Assembly (NCBI GenBank): GCA_949289575.1
Contig: CASEOG010000002.1
Coordinates: forward strand, 92,590 to 156,589
Length of the DNA stretch: 64,000 nt
Direction of reading: 5' to 3'
Source of the DNA: an uncultured Spirochaetales bacterium
Lineage (GTDB): Bacteria; Spirochaetota; Spirochaetia; JAFGXN01
Positions 8,441 to 17,964 of the stretch are shown piece by piece. The translations under genes and the position numbers were made by a program. How positions within the stretch are numbered: the stretch's first letter is position 1; every line of letters starts with the position of its first letter. The notes under the pieces are model-generated. The model did not search any database and was not told where the DNA came from. It saw only the letters and a list, made by a program, of their open reading frames with translations.

Positions 8441-10323
8441 TGATTTTCCTCCTGAAGGGAATTGTGTTGGAAGATTTGGACAGACTGAAGCAGGTCTCCG
8501 GCGGTTGCTCTGTCCGATTCGATATTGACAATCGCGCTGCGGGCCAGTTCCGATGCTTTTTCGAGTTCTTTTTGCTGTCTCCCGATTGTGGTGCCGATGA
8601 GATCCGCATGGGCCACGATTTCATTCATAATTTTTTTGGCGTTTTGTGTATACTGGTTCTGTTTCTCGGCAAACGAAGAAATCTGTTCGACCGATTTGAC
8701 GATGGCGAAAGTCGATTCCAGAGTCGATTGTGTCGATTTTTGCTGGGAGTTCATGCTGTCCGCAATCCGGTTCATCAGTTCGAAGTTCTCTCCGATACCG
8801 TTGACAATATCGTTGAAAGCGTTTCCGGCGGCCGTAATCGCTTCGACGCCGTGGTTGACCTTTTCGATCATCATTTCGATGTGGGTTTCGATTTCTTTTG
8901 CGTTGCGGTTGGAAAGGCTCGAAAGGGATCGAACCTCGTCGGCCACAATGGCAAATCCTCGTCCGGTATCACCCGCATGGGCCGCTTCGATCGAAGCGTT
9001 CATCGAGAGGAGGTTTGTCTGTTTGGCAATTTTCTGAATCGACCGGAGAATCTGCTGTATGTCGAGAGAGGATGTCTGAATCGATTTAATCGTGTCGGTT
9101 GTCCGGCTCAGGATGCGGTGTCCCGATTCGCTGCTCTCTTTCAGCATTGTGGAAACGATGTTGGCCTGGCGGGCCATTTCGGCAATCGAAGCCACGGCGG
9201 AACTGATTTCGGAAACCGAAGCCGAACTCTGCTGTATCGACTGGTTTTGGAAAGAAACCTGCTGAATCATATCCATGGCACCGGAAACCAGCGAGTTGAC
9301 TTCGGTATCGGTCAGGTCGATAACTTCTTTCTGACTCAGGGAGGATTCGCGAATCTGATCTAACGATTCGGAGATGGTGTTGATGGTCTCGACGGCGCTT
9401 TCTCCTTTGCGGACCAGTTCCTCTTTTTCTTCGATAAGCTGCGTCGATTCTTTTTCCAGACGGAAAAGGGAATTCTGAAGACGGTTCATAAATCCGTTGA
9501 TTTTGTCTTCGAGTTCGATCATATCGGCGGTAAAGCAGTATGCGAGACGCGGAGAGAAATCCCGTGTTTTTTTCCGGTCGAGAACCCAGCCCGACAGTTT
9601 TCCCGTTTGGCGGCGTAAATCGAGGCAGAGGGTAAAAACAGGAATACAGGTCAGAATGAGGGCCGCCAGTGTGCCGGTGACAGCCTGATTCAGAAAAAAT
9701 CCGAATCCGTACAGAGGATCGATGATTTCCTGCATCGGGATGAAGAAGGTTACGGCAGCCAGCGGCGTAAACCAGATCAGGGCCGTTCCCGACAGGAAAA
9801 ACCTGTAGAGCCATTTGAGGGAGGATTCGAATCCTTTGGTTTTCTTATGAGGGGTCGTTTCGTTTTCGTCCGTTGTGCGGTATTTGCAGATTTTGGGAAT
9901 ATTGTAAAGATTCGAGTAATACATTAAAAGACCGCTCATACAGGCCAGGATCGGCATTGACGGGAACGGTACGGGCCCGTCGCCGGAGACGGTCATCGCT
10001 GTTTCGGCAATCACGGCAAACAGAGGGTAAAGAATCAGGTGAACGGAGAGATTGACGCGGTAGAGAACCTTTCTGAAGGCAGTGTGTCTTTGGGCGTCGT
10101 TTCGGGAGCCTTTGCCTCCGGATGTAAAGGCCGTGACGGCGGGGAGCATCAGGAGCAGAGCCGCGCTGCAGACAATTACGGCAAAAATAACCGTTGTTGA
10201 CAGGAAGGAGGCCGATTCGCCGACCGAAGCTGTTTCGTAGAGTCTGCCGAAAAAAGAATAGAAAGATGTGCCGAGAATGGCGGTCAGTACAAAATGGACG
10301 GTAAACTTAAAGTATGTACTCAT
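8437..10323 (-). CDS. Methyl-accepting chemotaxis protein (second, tandem) with a multi-TM N-terminal region
   Basis: MCP signature [31 protein letters not shown]. Overlaps the downstream MCP by 4 nt. Confidence 0.85.
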   Translation of the reverse strand: MSTYFKFTVHFVLTAILGTSFYSFFGRLYETASVGESASFLSTTVIFAVIVCSAALLLMLPAVTAFTSGGKGSRNDAQRHTAFRKVLYRVNLSVHLILYPLFAVIAETAMTVSGDGPVPFPSMPILACMSGLLMYYSNLYNIPKICKYRTTDENETTPHKKTKGFESSLKWLYRFFLSGTALIWFTPLAAVTFFIPMQEIIDPLYGFGFFLNQAVTGTLAALILTCIPVFTLCLDLRRQTGKLSGWVLDRKKTRDFSPRLAYCFTADMIELEDKINGFMNRLQNSLFRLEKESTQLIEEKEELVRKGESAVETINTISESLDQIRESSLSQKEVIDLTDTEVNSLVSGAMDMIQQVSFQNQSIQQSSASVSEISSAVASIAEMARQANIVSTMLKESSESGHRILSRTTDTIKSIQTSSLDIQQILRSIQKIAKQTNLLSMNASIEAAHAGDTGRGFAIVADEVRSLSSLSNRNAKEIETHIEMMIEKVNHGVEAITAAGNAFNDIVNGIGENFELMNRIADSMNSQQKSTQSTLESTFAIVKSVEQISSFAEKQNQYTQNAKKIMNEIVAHADLIGTTIGRQQKELEKASELARSAIVNIESDRATAGDLLQSVQIFQHNSLQEENQ

Positions 10324-10388
10324 GAAAATACTCCCTCTCTCTTCTATCGGAAAGAAAAAGTATATAATTTACAGAAAAGAAAAAGAAA

Positions 10389-10460
10389 AGCCACTCATGG
10401 GATTTGAACCCACGACCTACGCATTACGAGTGCGTTGCTCTACCCCTGAGCTAAAGTGGC
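10389..10460 (-). tRNA. tRNA-Thr (anticodon CGT)
   Basis: Reverse complement GCCACTTTAGCTCAGGGGTAGAGCAACGCACTCGTAATGCGTAGGTCGTGGGTTCAAATCCCATGAGTGGCT folds as a cloverleaf: 7-bp acceptor, D-arm GCTC/GAGC, anticodon stem ACGCA/TGCGT with loop CTCGTAA, T-arm GTGGG-TTCAAAT-CCCAT. CCA is not encoded. Confidence 0.85.
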
Positions 10461-10514
10461 GTACGGTCTTATTATTTCCTATATCGCGGGAAATGTCAAG
10501 GGGGTGTTATCCGA

Positions 10515-10543
10515 TTGAAACGGATGTGTTTGTATGATATAAT
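10515..10543 (+). promoter_or_regulatory. Near-consensus sigma70 promoter (TTGAAA-17 nt-TATAAT) immediately upstream of the permease gene
   Basis: Hexamers at 10515-10520 and 10538-10543. The annotated ATG at 10552 is only 9 nt past the -10, implying a leaderless or very short-leader transcript. Confidence 0.45.
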
Positions 10544-10551
10544 ATGAAAAT

Positions 10552-11871
10552 ATGAATAAAATAACCGGTAAAATCGATCTGTTTTTTCACATCGGAGAAA
10601 GAGGCTCCTCGTTTTCGAAAGAAATCATCGGCGGAATCACGACTTTCCTGACAATGTCTTATATTCTGGCCGTCAATCCGATGATTTTGGGCGGGGCGGA
10701 GGGACCCGGTCCCGGCGCCGTATTTACGGCAACGGTTTTATCGGCGGCGGTGGCGACCGTTTTTATGGCGCTGGCGGCCAACCTTCCGATTGCGCTGGCT
10801 TCCGGCATGGGGATTAATGCCTTTTTTGCGCAGACGGTTGTCGTTTCAATGGGTTACAGTTGGGAAACGGCTCTGACGGCGGTTTTTCTGGAGGGTATCG
10901 TTTTTATTCTGATTTCCTTTTTCCGGATACGGGAAATGATTGCCTCTTCTCTTCCTGCCGGTTTGAAGCGGGCAATTGCTGTCGGTATCGGACTTTTTAT
11001 CACTCTGGTCGGGCTGTCGAATGCGGGTGTCGTGGTGGGCGGCAACGGCTCTGTTTTGGGGCTGGGGGAATTCAACGGAACGTTTCTGGCGACGATTATC
11101 GGACTGACGATAACGCTGCTGCTTTATTCGCTGCGGGTGCCCGGCAGTCTTTTAATCGGTATATTTGCGACAGCGGTTATCGGTATTCCGCTGAAAACAA
11201 CCGTTATCCCCGAATCGTTTTCTCCGGTATCCGTGCCGCAGGCGCCGCTCTGGTTTGCCTTCGATTTTTCAGGCGTGCTGTCGTTCGAGTTCTTTATTGT
11301 GTTTGTTACCTTTCTGTTTGTCGATATGTTCGATACGGTCGGCACATTTGTCGGCGTGGCACAGGAAGCGGGTCTCGCCGGCAAAGACGGAACCGTCCCG
11401 AAAATCAGACAGGCTTTTCTGGCGGATGCGGTCGGAACCGTTTGCGGTGCGGTGCTCGGAACGTCGACGGTAACCAGTTATATGGAGAGTACGGCCGGTA
11501 TTGCGGCGGGGGCACGGACAGGACTGGCGTCGCTGGTAACCGCATTGCTGTTTCTCGTGGCACTTTTTTTCGGTCCGCTGTTTCTTCTGGTACCGTCGGC
11601 TGCGGTGGCGCCCGCCTTGGTGCTGGTCGGCTTCCTGATGATGAAAAATGTCCGGTTTATTGATTTTGATGATCCGACGGAAGGAATCCCTTCGTTTTTG
11701 TGTCTGGCGGCGATTCCGTTTACATACAGTATTTCTCAGGGAATTGTGTGGGGTGTTCTTTCGTATGTTCTTTTGAAAGCAGTAACGGGACGGAGAAAAG
11801 AGGTGTCGCCGCTTTCATGGGGGTTGGCGCTCTTTTTTCTGACCTATGTTCTTGTGAAGAGTTTTGTATGA
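10552..11871 (+). CDS. NCS2/AzgA-family nucleobase (adenine/guanine/hypoxanthine-type) permease
   Basis: TTFLTMSYILAVNPMILGG and the overall 12-13 TM pattern characteristic of AzgA/PbuG-type purine permeases. Confidence 0.8.
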   Translation: MNKITGKIDLFFHIGERGSSFSKEIIGGITTFLTMSYILAVNPMILGGAEGPGPGAVFTATVLSAAVATVFMALAANLPIALASGMGINAFFAQTVVVSMGYSWETALTAVFLEGIVFILISFFRIREMIASSLPAGLKRAIAVGIGLFITLVGLSNAGVVVGGNGSVLGLGEFNGTFLATIIGLTITLLLYSLRVPGSLLIGIFATAVIGIPLKTTVIPESFSPVSVPQAPLWFAFDFSGVLSFEFFIVFVTFLFVDMFDTVGTFVGVAQEAGLAGKDGTVPKIRQAFLADAVGTVCGAVLGTSTVTSYMESTAGIAAGARTGLASLVTALLFLVALFFGPLFLLVPSAAVAPALVLVGFLMMKNVRFIDFDDPTEGIPSFLCLAAIPFTYSISQGIVWGVLSYVLLKAVTGRRKEVSPLSWGLALFFLTYVLVKSFV

Positions 11872-13070
11872 TGACGGCAAAAGCCTTTACGGCATACGTC
11901 GAAGAACGGTATCCGCTGACATTTCAGGAAAAGAAACGGCTGATGATGATGGCCGGCGATCTGGAGCAGTGGGGCGAGGATCCGGCCCGTTTCTGGCATC
12001 CCGAGGCGGCGGGTCAGACGACCGGTAAGGCGGCTGTCAAAAAAATTATTGCCGGTTATACGGCCGGTTACGAGGCTCTCCGCGGTGCCGAGAAAGAGTA
12101 CGGCGATCCGCCGCCTTATACGGCGGTGCCGCCCGAATGTGTTACGGAGCGGAGAGTTTCCCGCATTGCCGGGCGCTGCCCCGTTTTTTCGCCCAAAACG
12201 CGTTGCTGCGGACTGCTGACGCTGGATGCTGTTATGCAGTGCGGTTTCGACTGCAGCTACTGTTCGATACAGTCGTTTTATCACGGGAATCGGGTTGTTT
12301 TTCGTTCCGATTTAAAAGAGCGGCTGGCGGAATGGGAACAGGAGCTCGATCCGCACGAATGGTACCATGTCGGGACGGGACAGTCTTCCGATTCGCTGAT
12401 GTGGGGCAATCGGGAAGGCGTTCTGGAAACCGTTTTGGAGTTTGCCGGGCGTCATCCGAACGTTCTGTTGGAACTGAAAACAAAAAGCAGTCGGGTTGCC
12501 GAACTGTGCCGGATGAAAGTTCCGCCGAATGTTTTTGCGACATGGAGTCTGAATACGCCGACCGTTATCTCCCACGAGGAGCATCTGACGGCCGGACTGG
12601 AAGCCCGGCTGGAAGCGGCCCGGCGGGCAGCCGATGCCGGTATCCGTGTCGGATTTCATTTTCATCCGATTGTTTACTACCGCGGGTGGCAGGGTGAATA
12701 CGAGTCGGCGGTGCGGCAGCTGACACGGCTGTTTTCGCCGGAAGAAGCGGTGACCGTGTCGATGGGAACACTGACATTTATCAAACCGGTTATGCGCAGA
12801 ATACGTGAGCGGGGATTGCGTACAAAAATTCTGCAAATGGAGACGGAAGAAATAGCCGGTAAATTTTCGTATCCCTATGAGCGGAAAAAAGAGCTGTTTC
12901 GGACCGTGTACGACTGTTTTCCGCGCGGGTGGAAAGAGGCGGTCTTTTTCTATCTTTGCATGGAAGACGGACGGCTGTGGAATGATGTGTTCGGTTTCGA
13001 ATATCAAAATAACGACGATTTCGAGCGGGCTATGAAAGAGTCGTACAGAAAAAAACTTTGGAGAGGATAA
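11868..13070 (+). CDS. Radical SAM protein, spore-photoproduct-lyase (SPL/COG1533 DNA-repair-photolyase-like) family
   Basis: CGFDCSYC (CxxxCxxC) cluster motif plus LELKTKS and TVSMGTLTF blocks resembling SplB. ATG at 11868 forms an ATGATGA overlap with the permease stop, indicating translational coupling. Confidence 0.65.
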   Translation: MMTAKAFTAYVEERYPLTFQEKKRLMMMAGDLEQWGEDPARFWHPEAAGQTTGKAAVKKIIAGYTAGYEALRGAEKEYGDPPPYTAVPPECVTERRVSRIAGRCPVFSPKTRCCGLLTLDAVMQCGFDCSYCSIQSFYHGNRVVFRSDLKERLAEWEQELDPHEWYHVGTGQSSDSLMWGNREGVLETVLEFAGRHPNVLLELKTKSSRVAELCRMKVPPNVFATWSLNTPTVISHEEHLTAGLEARLEAARRAADAGIRVGFHFHPIVYYRGWQGEYESAVRQLTRLFSPEEAVTVSMGTLTFIKPVMRRIRERGLRTKILQMETEEIAGKFSYPYERKKELFRTVYDCFPRGWKEAVFFYLCMEDGRLWNDVFGFEYQNNDDFERAMKESYRKKLWRG

Positions 13071-13071
13071 A

Positions 13072-14580
13072 ATGGGCGACGTCAAAGTAAGAATTTCCAA
13101 AAGAGGACCGTTTCAGCTGGAACTGAAGCTGACTTATCCGATTGCGCGGAAGAAAAAAGTCGAAACCAATATGTATGATTTCACCGGCTATTTTTTTATT
13201 CCGTCCCAGTTGGGAATCAATCCTTCCACATATTCTTCCGAAGACTTTTTTGATGATTATTTTTCTTACACGCGTTTCGGTATTCTCGATTTTTCGCTGG
13301 ACGATTTGCTTAACCATCATATTAAAACCAACCCTCTCTGGAGAATCGATTCTTTTGTTTCCGAAGATCACTTCGAGAAAGGGCAGAATCGCGAAGCGAT
13401 CATTTACGAGCTGAAAACATTTTACAATATTTTTCATGACAGAATGGATGTTCTCAAATCGGAATTCCGTAAACTGAAGCACAAGGTGGACGAAGATGAT
13501 TATCATCCTATTGAGATTTTTACCAACTACCGCGATAAGATTACAAAAGTGTTTGGGGTATTCCGCAAATACAGGGATTTTTTCTACGACGAACGTCAGG
13601 ATGAAGAACTGAAATGGAGCTACCGCTGGGTTGATGAAGGAATCAGTCTCGATTACGAAAAACTGCTCTGGTACGTTTACGATACGGCGCAAATCGGAAG
13701 GGAAGAAGAGCTGGTGTCGATTTGCGCGCACGAGATCGAAGAAAATATCGATTACAGAAAATCGCAGGAATATCTTCATTATACATATAAATACAACAAC
13801 AAAAAAAACGAGTCGTTTATCTTCCGTGAACACAGTATCCGCAAATGGGCGGAGTTGAATCTGCACATGTCGCGAACCGATTCCCATAATCCGAAACAGG
13901 TCAGTCTGCTTCTGATTTCCGTTTCAACCGGAATAGCGATGTTTATTTTTCTGTTGCTGACGTTGCTGATTGTCAACAAGTTTATGAATCAGCCGGCATT
14001 GTGGATTCTCAGCGGTGTTCTTGCCTATGTGCTGAGGGACCAGATTAAAGACAACTTAAAAGAATATTCCAAAAAGATGTCGCCGATGTTCGCGGCCGAC
14101 CGGGAACAGCATCTGATTGACCCGAAGAGCCGCAGACGCAGCGGATTCAGCCGTGAATGGATGTCGTTTACCCGAATGGACCGTCTGCCGGCTCCGATTA
14201 GGGAATTGCGGGAACGCGATAAAAACAAACTGGATAAGTATCTGCTGTCCGAGAACATTATCCGCTTCGAAAAACGGACCAAATTCCGGAGCCGCCGTCT
14301 GACGCAGAACCATCCGCGCCTTCCGAGTGTCACCGATATACTCCGGTTTGATTTGCGGCGCTGTTTTTATAAAATGGATACGGCTGTCGAGGATTTGTTT
14401 GTGCTGAATGACGACAACCGCCTGGAAACGGTTCAGGCAAAGCGTGTTTATCACATCGGCCTGATTTTTTCGATTACCGAAAAAGAAAGCGGGATGAAAC
14501 AGTCGGTTTACAATGATTACCGGTTCAGAATTGTCGCTTCCGGAGAAGAAATCCTGAGAATCGAAAGAGTCAAAGGGTAA
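13072..14580 (+). CDS. Hypothetical membrane protein (502 aa, two central TM helices), AT-rich orphan
   Basis: Long ORF with a GGAGAGGA RBS inside the end of the upstream gene and 2-nt spacing. No recognisable domain. Two hydrophobic helices (LLLISVSTGIAMFIFLLLTLLIV, ALWILSGVLAYVL). Composition is visibly more AT-rich than flanking genes. Confidence 0.55.
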   Translation: MGDVKVRISKRGPFQLELKLTYPIARKKKVETNMYDFTGYFFIPSQLGINPSTYSSEDFFDDYFSYTRFGILDFSLDDLLNHHIKTNPLWRIDSFVSEDHFEKGQNREAIIYELKTFYNIFHDRMDVLKSEFRKLKHKVDEDDYHPIEIFTNYRDKITKVFGVFRKYRDFFYDERQDEELKWSYRWVDEGISLDYEKLLWYVYDTAQIGREEELVSICAHEIEENIDYRKSQEYLHYTYKYNNKKNESFIFREHSIRKWAELNLHMSRTDSHNPKQVSLLLISVSTGIAMFIFLLLTLLIVNKFMNQPALWILSGVLAYVLRDQIKDNLKEYSKKMSPMFAADREQHLIDPKSRRRSGFSREWMSFTRMDRLPAPIRELRERDKNKLDKYLLSENIIRFEKRTKFRSRRLTQNHPRLPSVTDILRFDLRRCFYKMDTAVEDLFVLNDDNRLETVQAKRVYHIGLIFSITEKESGMKQSVYNDYRFRIVASGEEILRIERVKG

Positions 14581-14646
14581 CAAGTTGACACGGAAGGTCC
14601 CTTGTGGTAATGTGACAACAGGTTCTCTCAGAGACAGGAGAAGTAT

Positions 14647-15399
14647 GTGAACGAAACAAAAATTCCTTTATTGTTTGCCCACAGAGGCGGAAAAACAGAT
14701 GCTCCCGAGAATACGTTGGCGGCATTCCGGTGGGTGCTGGAAAATAAGATTCCGGCAATCGAACTGGATGTTCACCGTTGCGCAACCGGAGAGCTGGTTG
14801 TGATTCATGATTTTCATACGAAACGAATTTGCGGAACGGATTACAGTGTCGAAGAGACTCCTTTTATCGTTTTGCGTTCGCTCGACGCCGGGTCTTCGTT
14901 TGATGCCCGCTTTGCCGGAGAAAGAATACCGCTGCTTGAAGAGGTTATCGATCTGCTCGGCGACCGTGTTTTTTACGATATCGAAATCAAAACGCCCCAT
15001 TTTTTCGGCGACAGCAAATTGACGGATGATGTTCTGAAAATGGTCGGGGAAAAGGGGATTGCCCATTGCAGTATGATTTCCTCTTTTAATCCCTTTGTCG
15101 TACGGCGTGTCCGAAAGAAGGGATTTCCGTTGACGGCGGTCATTTTTGCGGAAGACGATGATGTTCCGTTTGTGTTTAAACGGGGACAGGGGTGGTATAT
15201 TGCCCGTTCCACACATCTCAAACCGGGGCGGCAGCTGATTGAGTCGGGACGGATGTGCAAAGGACTTAAAAAAAGAAATTTGCCCTTAATGACATGGACG
15301 GTTAACGATGCCAGAGAGGCTTTGCGGCTGAAAAACGCAGGTGTTGTCGGAATCTGTACCAACTGTCCGCTCACATTAAGGGATGCCGGGATTTGCTGA
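14647..15399 (+). CDS. Glycerophosphodiester phosphodiesterase (GDPD family)
   Basis: LLFAHRGG…ENT, ELDVH and IEIK motifs. GTG start preceded by AGGAG. Confidence 0.8.
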   Translation: MNETKIPLLFAHRGGKTDAPENTLAAFRWVLENKIPAIELDVHRCATGELVVIHDFHTKRICGTDYSVEETPFIVLRSLDAGSSFDARFAGERIPLLEEVIDLLGDRVFYDIEIKTPHFFGDSKLTDDVLKMVGEKGIAHCSMISSFNPFVVRRVRKKGFPLTAVIFAEDDDVPFVFKRGQGWYIARSTHLKPGRQLIESGRMCKGLKKRNLPLMTWTVNDAREALRLKNAGVVGICTNCPLTLRDAGIC

Positions 15400-16205
15400 T
15401 GAAAAGAAGCGGGTTCGGTCTTTTGCTTATGCTGCTGACGGCAGCTGTTTCGTTCGCCTATGACGATGACGGCGATGTTGTCGAGTTTATCGTAGATGAG
15501 GACGGTAATTTTGTCCGCGAATATCCGTTTTTGGAAGAAGAAAACGACCGTGATTCGGACGCGGATGCCGGCAGAGATGTATCCGTCGAATCCGTGCAGA
15601 TGAGTCCCGCAAAGCGTCCTGCTGCCAGAACATCGTTAACGGTCAGTCTCTTTTACCCCTTTTATATGGGAACGGGAGTCGATTTTGTCGAAGATTATGC
15701 TTTCGACCCGAATTACGGAGGAACACCCGTTGCCGTCAAACTGAACGGCGGCGTTGACATCGAACTGCGTTGGGTTATTCTGAAGTATCTTCTTGTCGGC
15801 GGCGGTTTTTCATGGAGCGGAACTTTTCTGTTCGATGATACCAACAATTTTCTCGATACCAGTAATTCCTCGATGAAAGTGCTGACGCTTCGGGCTCTGG
15901 TCGGCGGAATTTTTCCGTTGGCTTCATGGGTTTCCGTTTTCGGCGGTATTCAGGGCGGTTTTCTCCAACTGCTGGAATCGGGGTATCTGAAAGCCATTAA
16001 TGCCAAGTACGATGAAATCGCGCTGCCGTGCGGAATGGTGGCCCCCTTCTTCGGTTTTGACTTTATTTTGCAGGAAGGTTTTTCGCTTTCCCTGAAGGCC
16101 GATTTTACGGCAGGATTTTCTTCGCCGAATAATCTGCTGAACCGGAATCGGGTCGAAACCGTTATGTATCCGGGAATTTACCTCGGATTCGGAATGGTTT
16201 TTTAA
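15393..16205 (+). CDS. Hypothetical secreted protein (signal peptide, acidic N-terminal segment, probable beta-rich C-terminus)
   Basis: N-terminal signal peptide (LLLMLLTAAVSFA). Gly/aromatic-rich alternating pattern, ends in an aromatic residue. No family recognised. Confidence 0.5.
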   Translation: MLMKRSGFGLLLMLLTAAVSFAYDDDGDVVEFIVDEDGNFVREYPFLEEENDRDSDADAGRDVSVESVQMSPAKRPAARTSLTVSLFYPFYMGTGVDFVEDYAFDPNYGGTPVAVKLNGGVDIELRWVILKYLLVGGGFSWSGTFLFDDTNNFLDTSNSSMKVLTLRALVGGIFPLASWVSVFGGIQGGFLQLLESGYLKAINAKYDEIALPCGMVAPFFGFDFILQEGFSLSLKADFTAGFSSPNNLLNRNRVETVMYPGIYLGFGMVF

Positions 16206-16215
16206 GTCTGACGGT

Positions 16216-16683
16216 ATGACGGTCGGTGAGTCTGCGGTTTCCGCCAATCGGGTCATTATGAATTTGCGGGCCGGAACCCGCGAAGAGGCGGTTTGCGAGC
16301 TGGTTTCTCTTTTCTGCCGGACAGAAGAAAGAAGCGATGCGGACAATATTGCCGAGGCGGTGATGCGGCGGGAGAGAAAGGCTTCGACCGGGATACAGTG
16401 GGGGATAGCGATACCGCATGCCCGAATTCCCGCTATCCGGAACATAAAGGTCTGTATCGGGTATTCGCCGCAGGGAATCGATTTTCTGTCTCAGGACGGA
16501 CTGCTTTCGCATATTATCATTTTAATCCTGTCACCCGAAGATGATTTTTCGGGGCACATTCGTTTTCTGGCGGAGCTGAGCGGACTTCTCAGTCTCTCCG
16601 GCCGGCGGCGTCGTTTGGAAAAAGCCGCAACACCGGAAGAAGTGGTCTCCGTTTTTGCGGGAGGGCGTTATGGAAATAACTGA
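16216..16683 (+). CDS. PTS EIIA (fructose/nitrogen type, PtsN-like) regulatory protein
   Basis: GIAIPHARIP active-site histidine motif and EIIA-2 fold pattern. The true start may be the internal ATG at 16258. Confidence 0.7.
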   Translation: MTVGESAVSANRVIMNLRAGTREEAVCELVSLFCRTEERSDADNIAEAVMRRERKASTGIQWGIAIPHARIPAIRNIKVCIGYSPQGIDFLSQDGLLSHIIILILSPEDDFSGHIRFLAELSGLLSLSGRRRRLEKAATPEEVVSVFAGGRYGNN

Positions 16684-17908
16684 ATCGGATCGACGTTTTC
16701 TGTTAAATATGTTTGTCTCTTTGGCAAAATCACCGAGTACATCTTCCGCCGACTCTTTGGCAAAACCGACGAGCGAGGGACAGATTCGGCTTTTGGAGCG
16801 GCTGGCGTCACTGCTTTTCTCCTGGGGTTTGACCCCGGTTCTCCATGAAAACGGGTATCTGACACTTTATCTGCCGCCCTGCGAGGGGAAAGAGAAAACG
16901 GTTGCAATCGGGTTTTTGGCTCACGTCGACACGGCGCCCGATTGCAGCGGAGAGGGCGTTGTTCCCCGAATTGTCAGAAATTACCGCGGAGGGACAGTCA
17001 GACTGGAAAACGGAGCGATACTTTCTCCCGTCGATTTTCCCGATCTTCTCCGGTTTAAAGGAGGCGATTTGATTACATCGTCGGGGGATACGCTTTTGGG
17101 GGCCGATGACAAGGCCGGTGTTGCCATTCTTCTGGGGTTGATCCGCAAAACGGTTTTCGAAAAGACGGAACACGGGCCGCTCTATTTTATGTTTACCACC
17201 GATGAGGAGGTCGGTCGGGGTATGGAAAATCCGCCGCTGGACTCTTTTTCGCCGAAATATGCTTTTACGTTTGACGGCGGGACATTGGGGGAGGCGGAAT
17301 ACGAATGTTTCCATGCCGTATCCGTCACATTCCGGATTACCGGTAAAGTGATTCATCTGGGGCAGGCCAAAGGAAAGCTGACGAATGCGGTAGATGTCGC
17401 TGCCTCTCTGATTGCGGCTCTTCCTCCTGCCGAAAAACCGGAAACAACGGAGGACCGGGAAGGGTATTACTGCCCGATTTCGGCTTCGGGAGAGGTCGGA
17501 CATGCCGTTTTAACGGTTCTTCTGCGCGATTTCGACGAGAAAAAAATAGAAGAAAGAATTGCTTTTTTGCATGATTTGGCTGCCTCGACGGAAAAAAAAT
17601 ATCCCGGGTCCCGGATAGAAATGAGGACGGAGTATCAGTACCGGAACATGAAGTCGATGATTCCTTCTTTTCTGATCGATTTTCTTGTAAAGACAATGGA
17701 AGAAACCGGTATCGAGCCGAGAATCGAATCGGTCAGGGGCGGAACGGACGGTGCCCGTCTGAGTGAAATGGGGATTCCGTGTCCGAATCTGTTTACCGGC
17801 GGTCATAATTTTCACAGCGGACTCGAGTGGCTTGCTTTGCCGGCCTTTTACAAGGCCTTCGAATTGGGCGCGGCGCTGGTCCGAAAAGCGGATTCTTTGC
17901 AAAATTAA
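16670..17908 (+). CDS. pepT: Peptidase T (tripeptide aminopeptidase, M20 family)
   Basis: HVDT, GADDKAGVA and M20 dimerisation-domain pattern. ATG at 16670 is within ORF 16655..17908 and overlaps the upstream stop. Confidence 0.8.
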   Translation: MEITESDRRFLLNMFVSLAKSPSTSSADSLAKPTSEGQIRLLERLASLLFSWGLTPVLHENGYLTLYLPPCEGKEKTVAIGFLAHVDTAPDCSGEGVVPRIVRNYRGGTVRLENGAILSPVDFPDLLRFKGGDLITSSGDTLLGADDKAGVAILLGLIRKTVFEKTEHGPLYFMFTTDEEVGRGMENPPLDSFSPKYAFTFDGGTLGEAEYECFHAVSVTFRITGKVIHLGQAKGKLTNAVDVAASLIAALPPAEKPETTEDREGYYCPISASGEVGHAVLTVLLRDFDEKKIEERIAFLHDLAASTEKKYPGSRIEMRTEYQYRNMKSMIPSFLIDFLVKTMEETGIEPRIESVRGGTDGARLSEMGIPCPNLFTGGHNFHSGLEWLALPAFYKAFELGAALVRKADSLQN

Positions 17909-17964
17909 GACTCTTTCGTAAAATTTATATTGATTTTTTTCTTTTTTGTGATATATTTTAAGTT

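Noticed and set aside
8416-9363. 315-aa plus-strand ORF antisense to the second MCP
   Set aside because: Same reasoning. It is antisense to a conserved MCP with no independent support.
10268-10537. 89-aa ORF on the plus strand
   Set aside because: It lies antisense across the tRNA-Thr gene and its promoter region and has no RBS. Judged a spurious ORF.
10461-10551. Possible purine riboswitch upstream of the AzgA-type permease
   Set aside because: Only about 90 nt separate the tRNA and the permease start, and a near-consensus promoter occupies most of it. There is no space or recognisable conserved riboswitch core.
11700-11867. Longer N-terminal extension of the radical-SAM gene (ORF-track start 11700)
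   Set aside because: The extension overlaps the permease 3' end in another frame and is Cys/Ser-rich nonsense. ATG 11868 forms the classic ATGATGA coupling.
13030-13887. 285-aa minus-strand ORF overlapping the AT-rich orphan gene
   Set aside because: A shorter ORF on the opposite strand of a 502-codon ORF that has proper RBS and operon context. Ile/Phe/Lys-rich AT-rich artefact.
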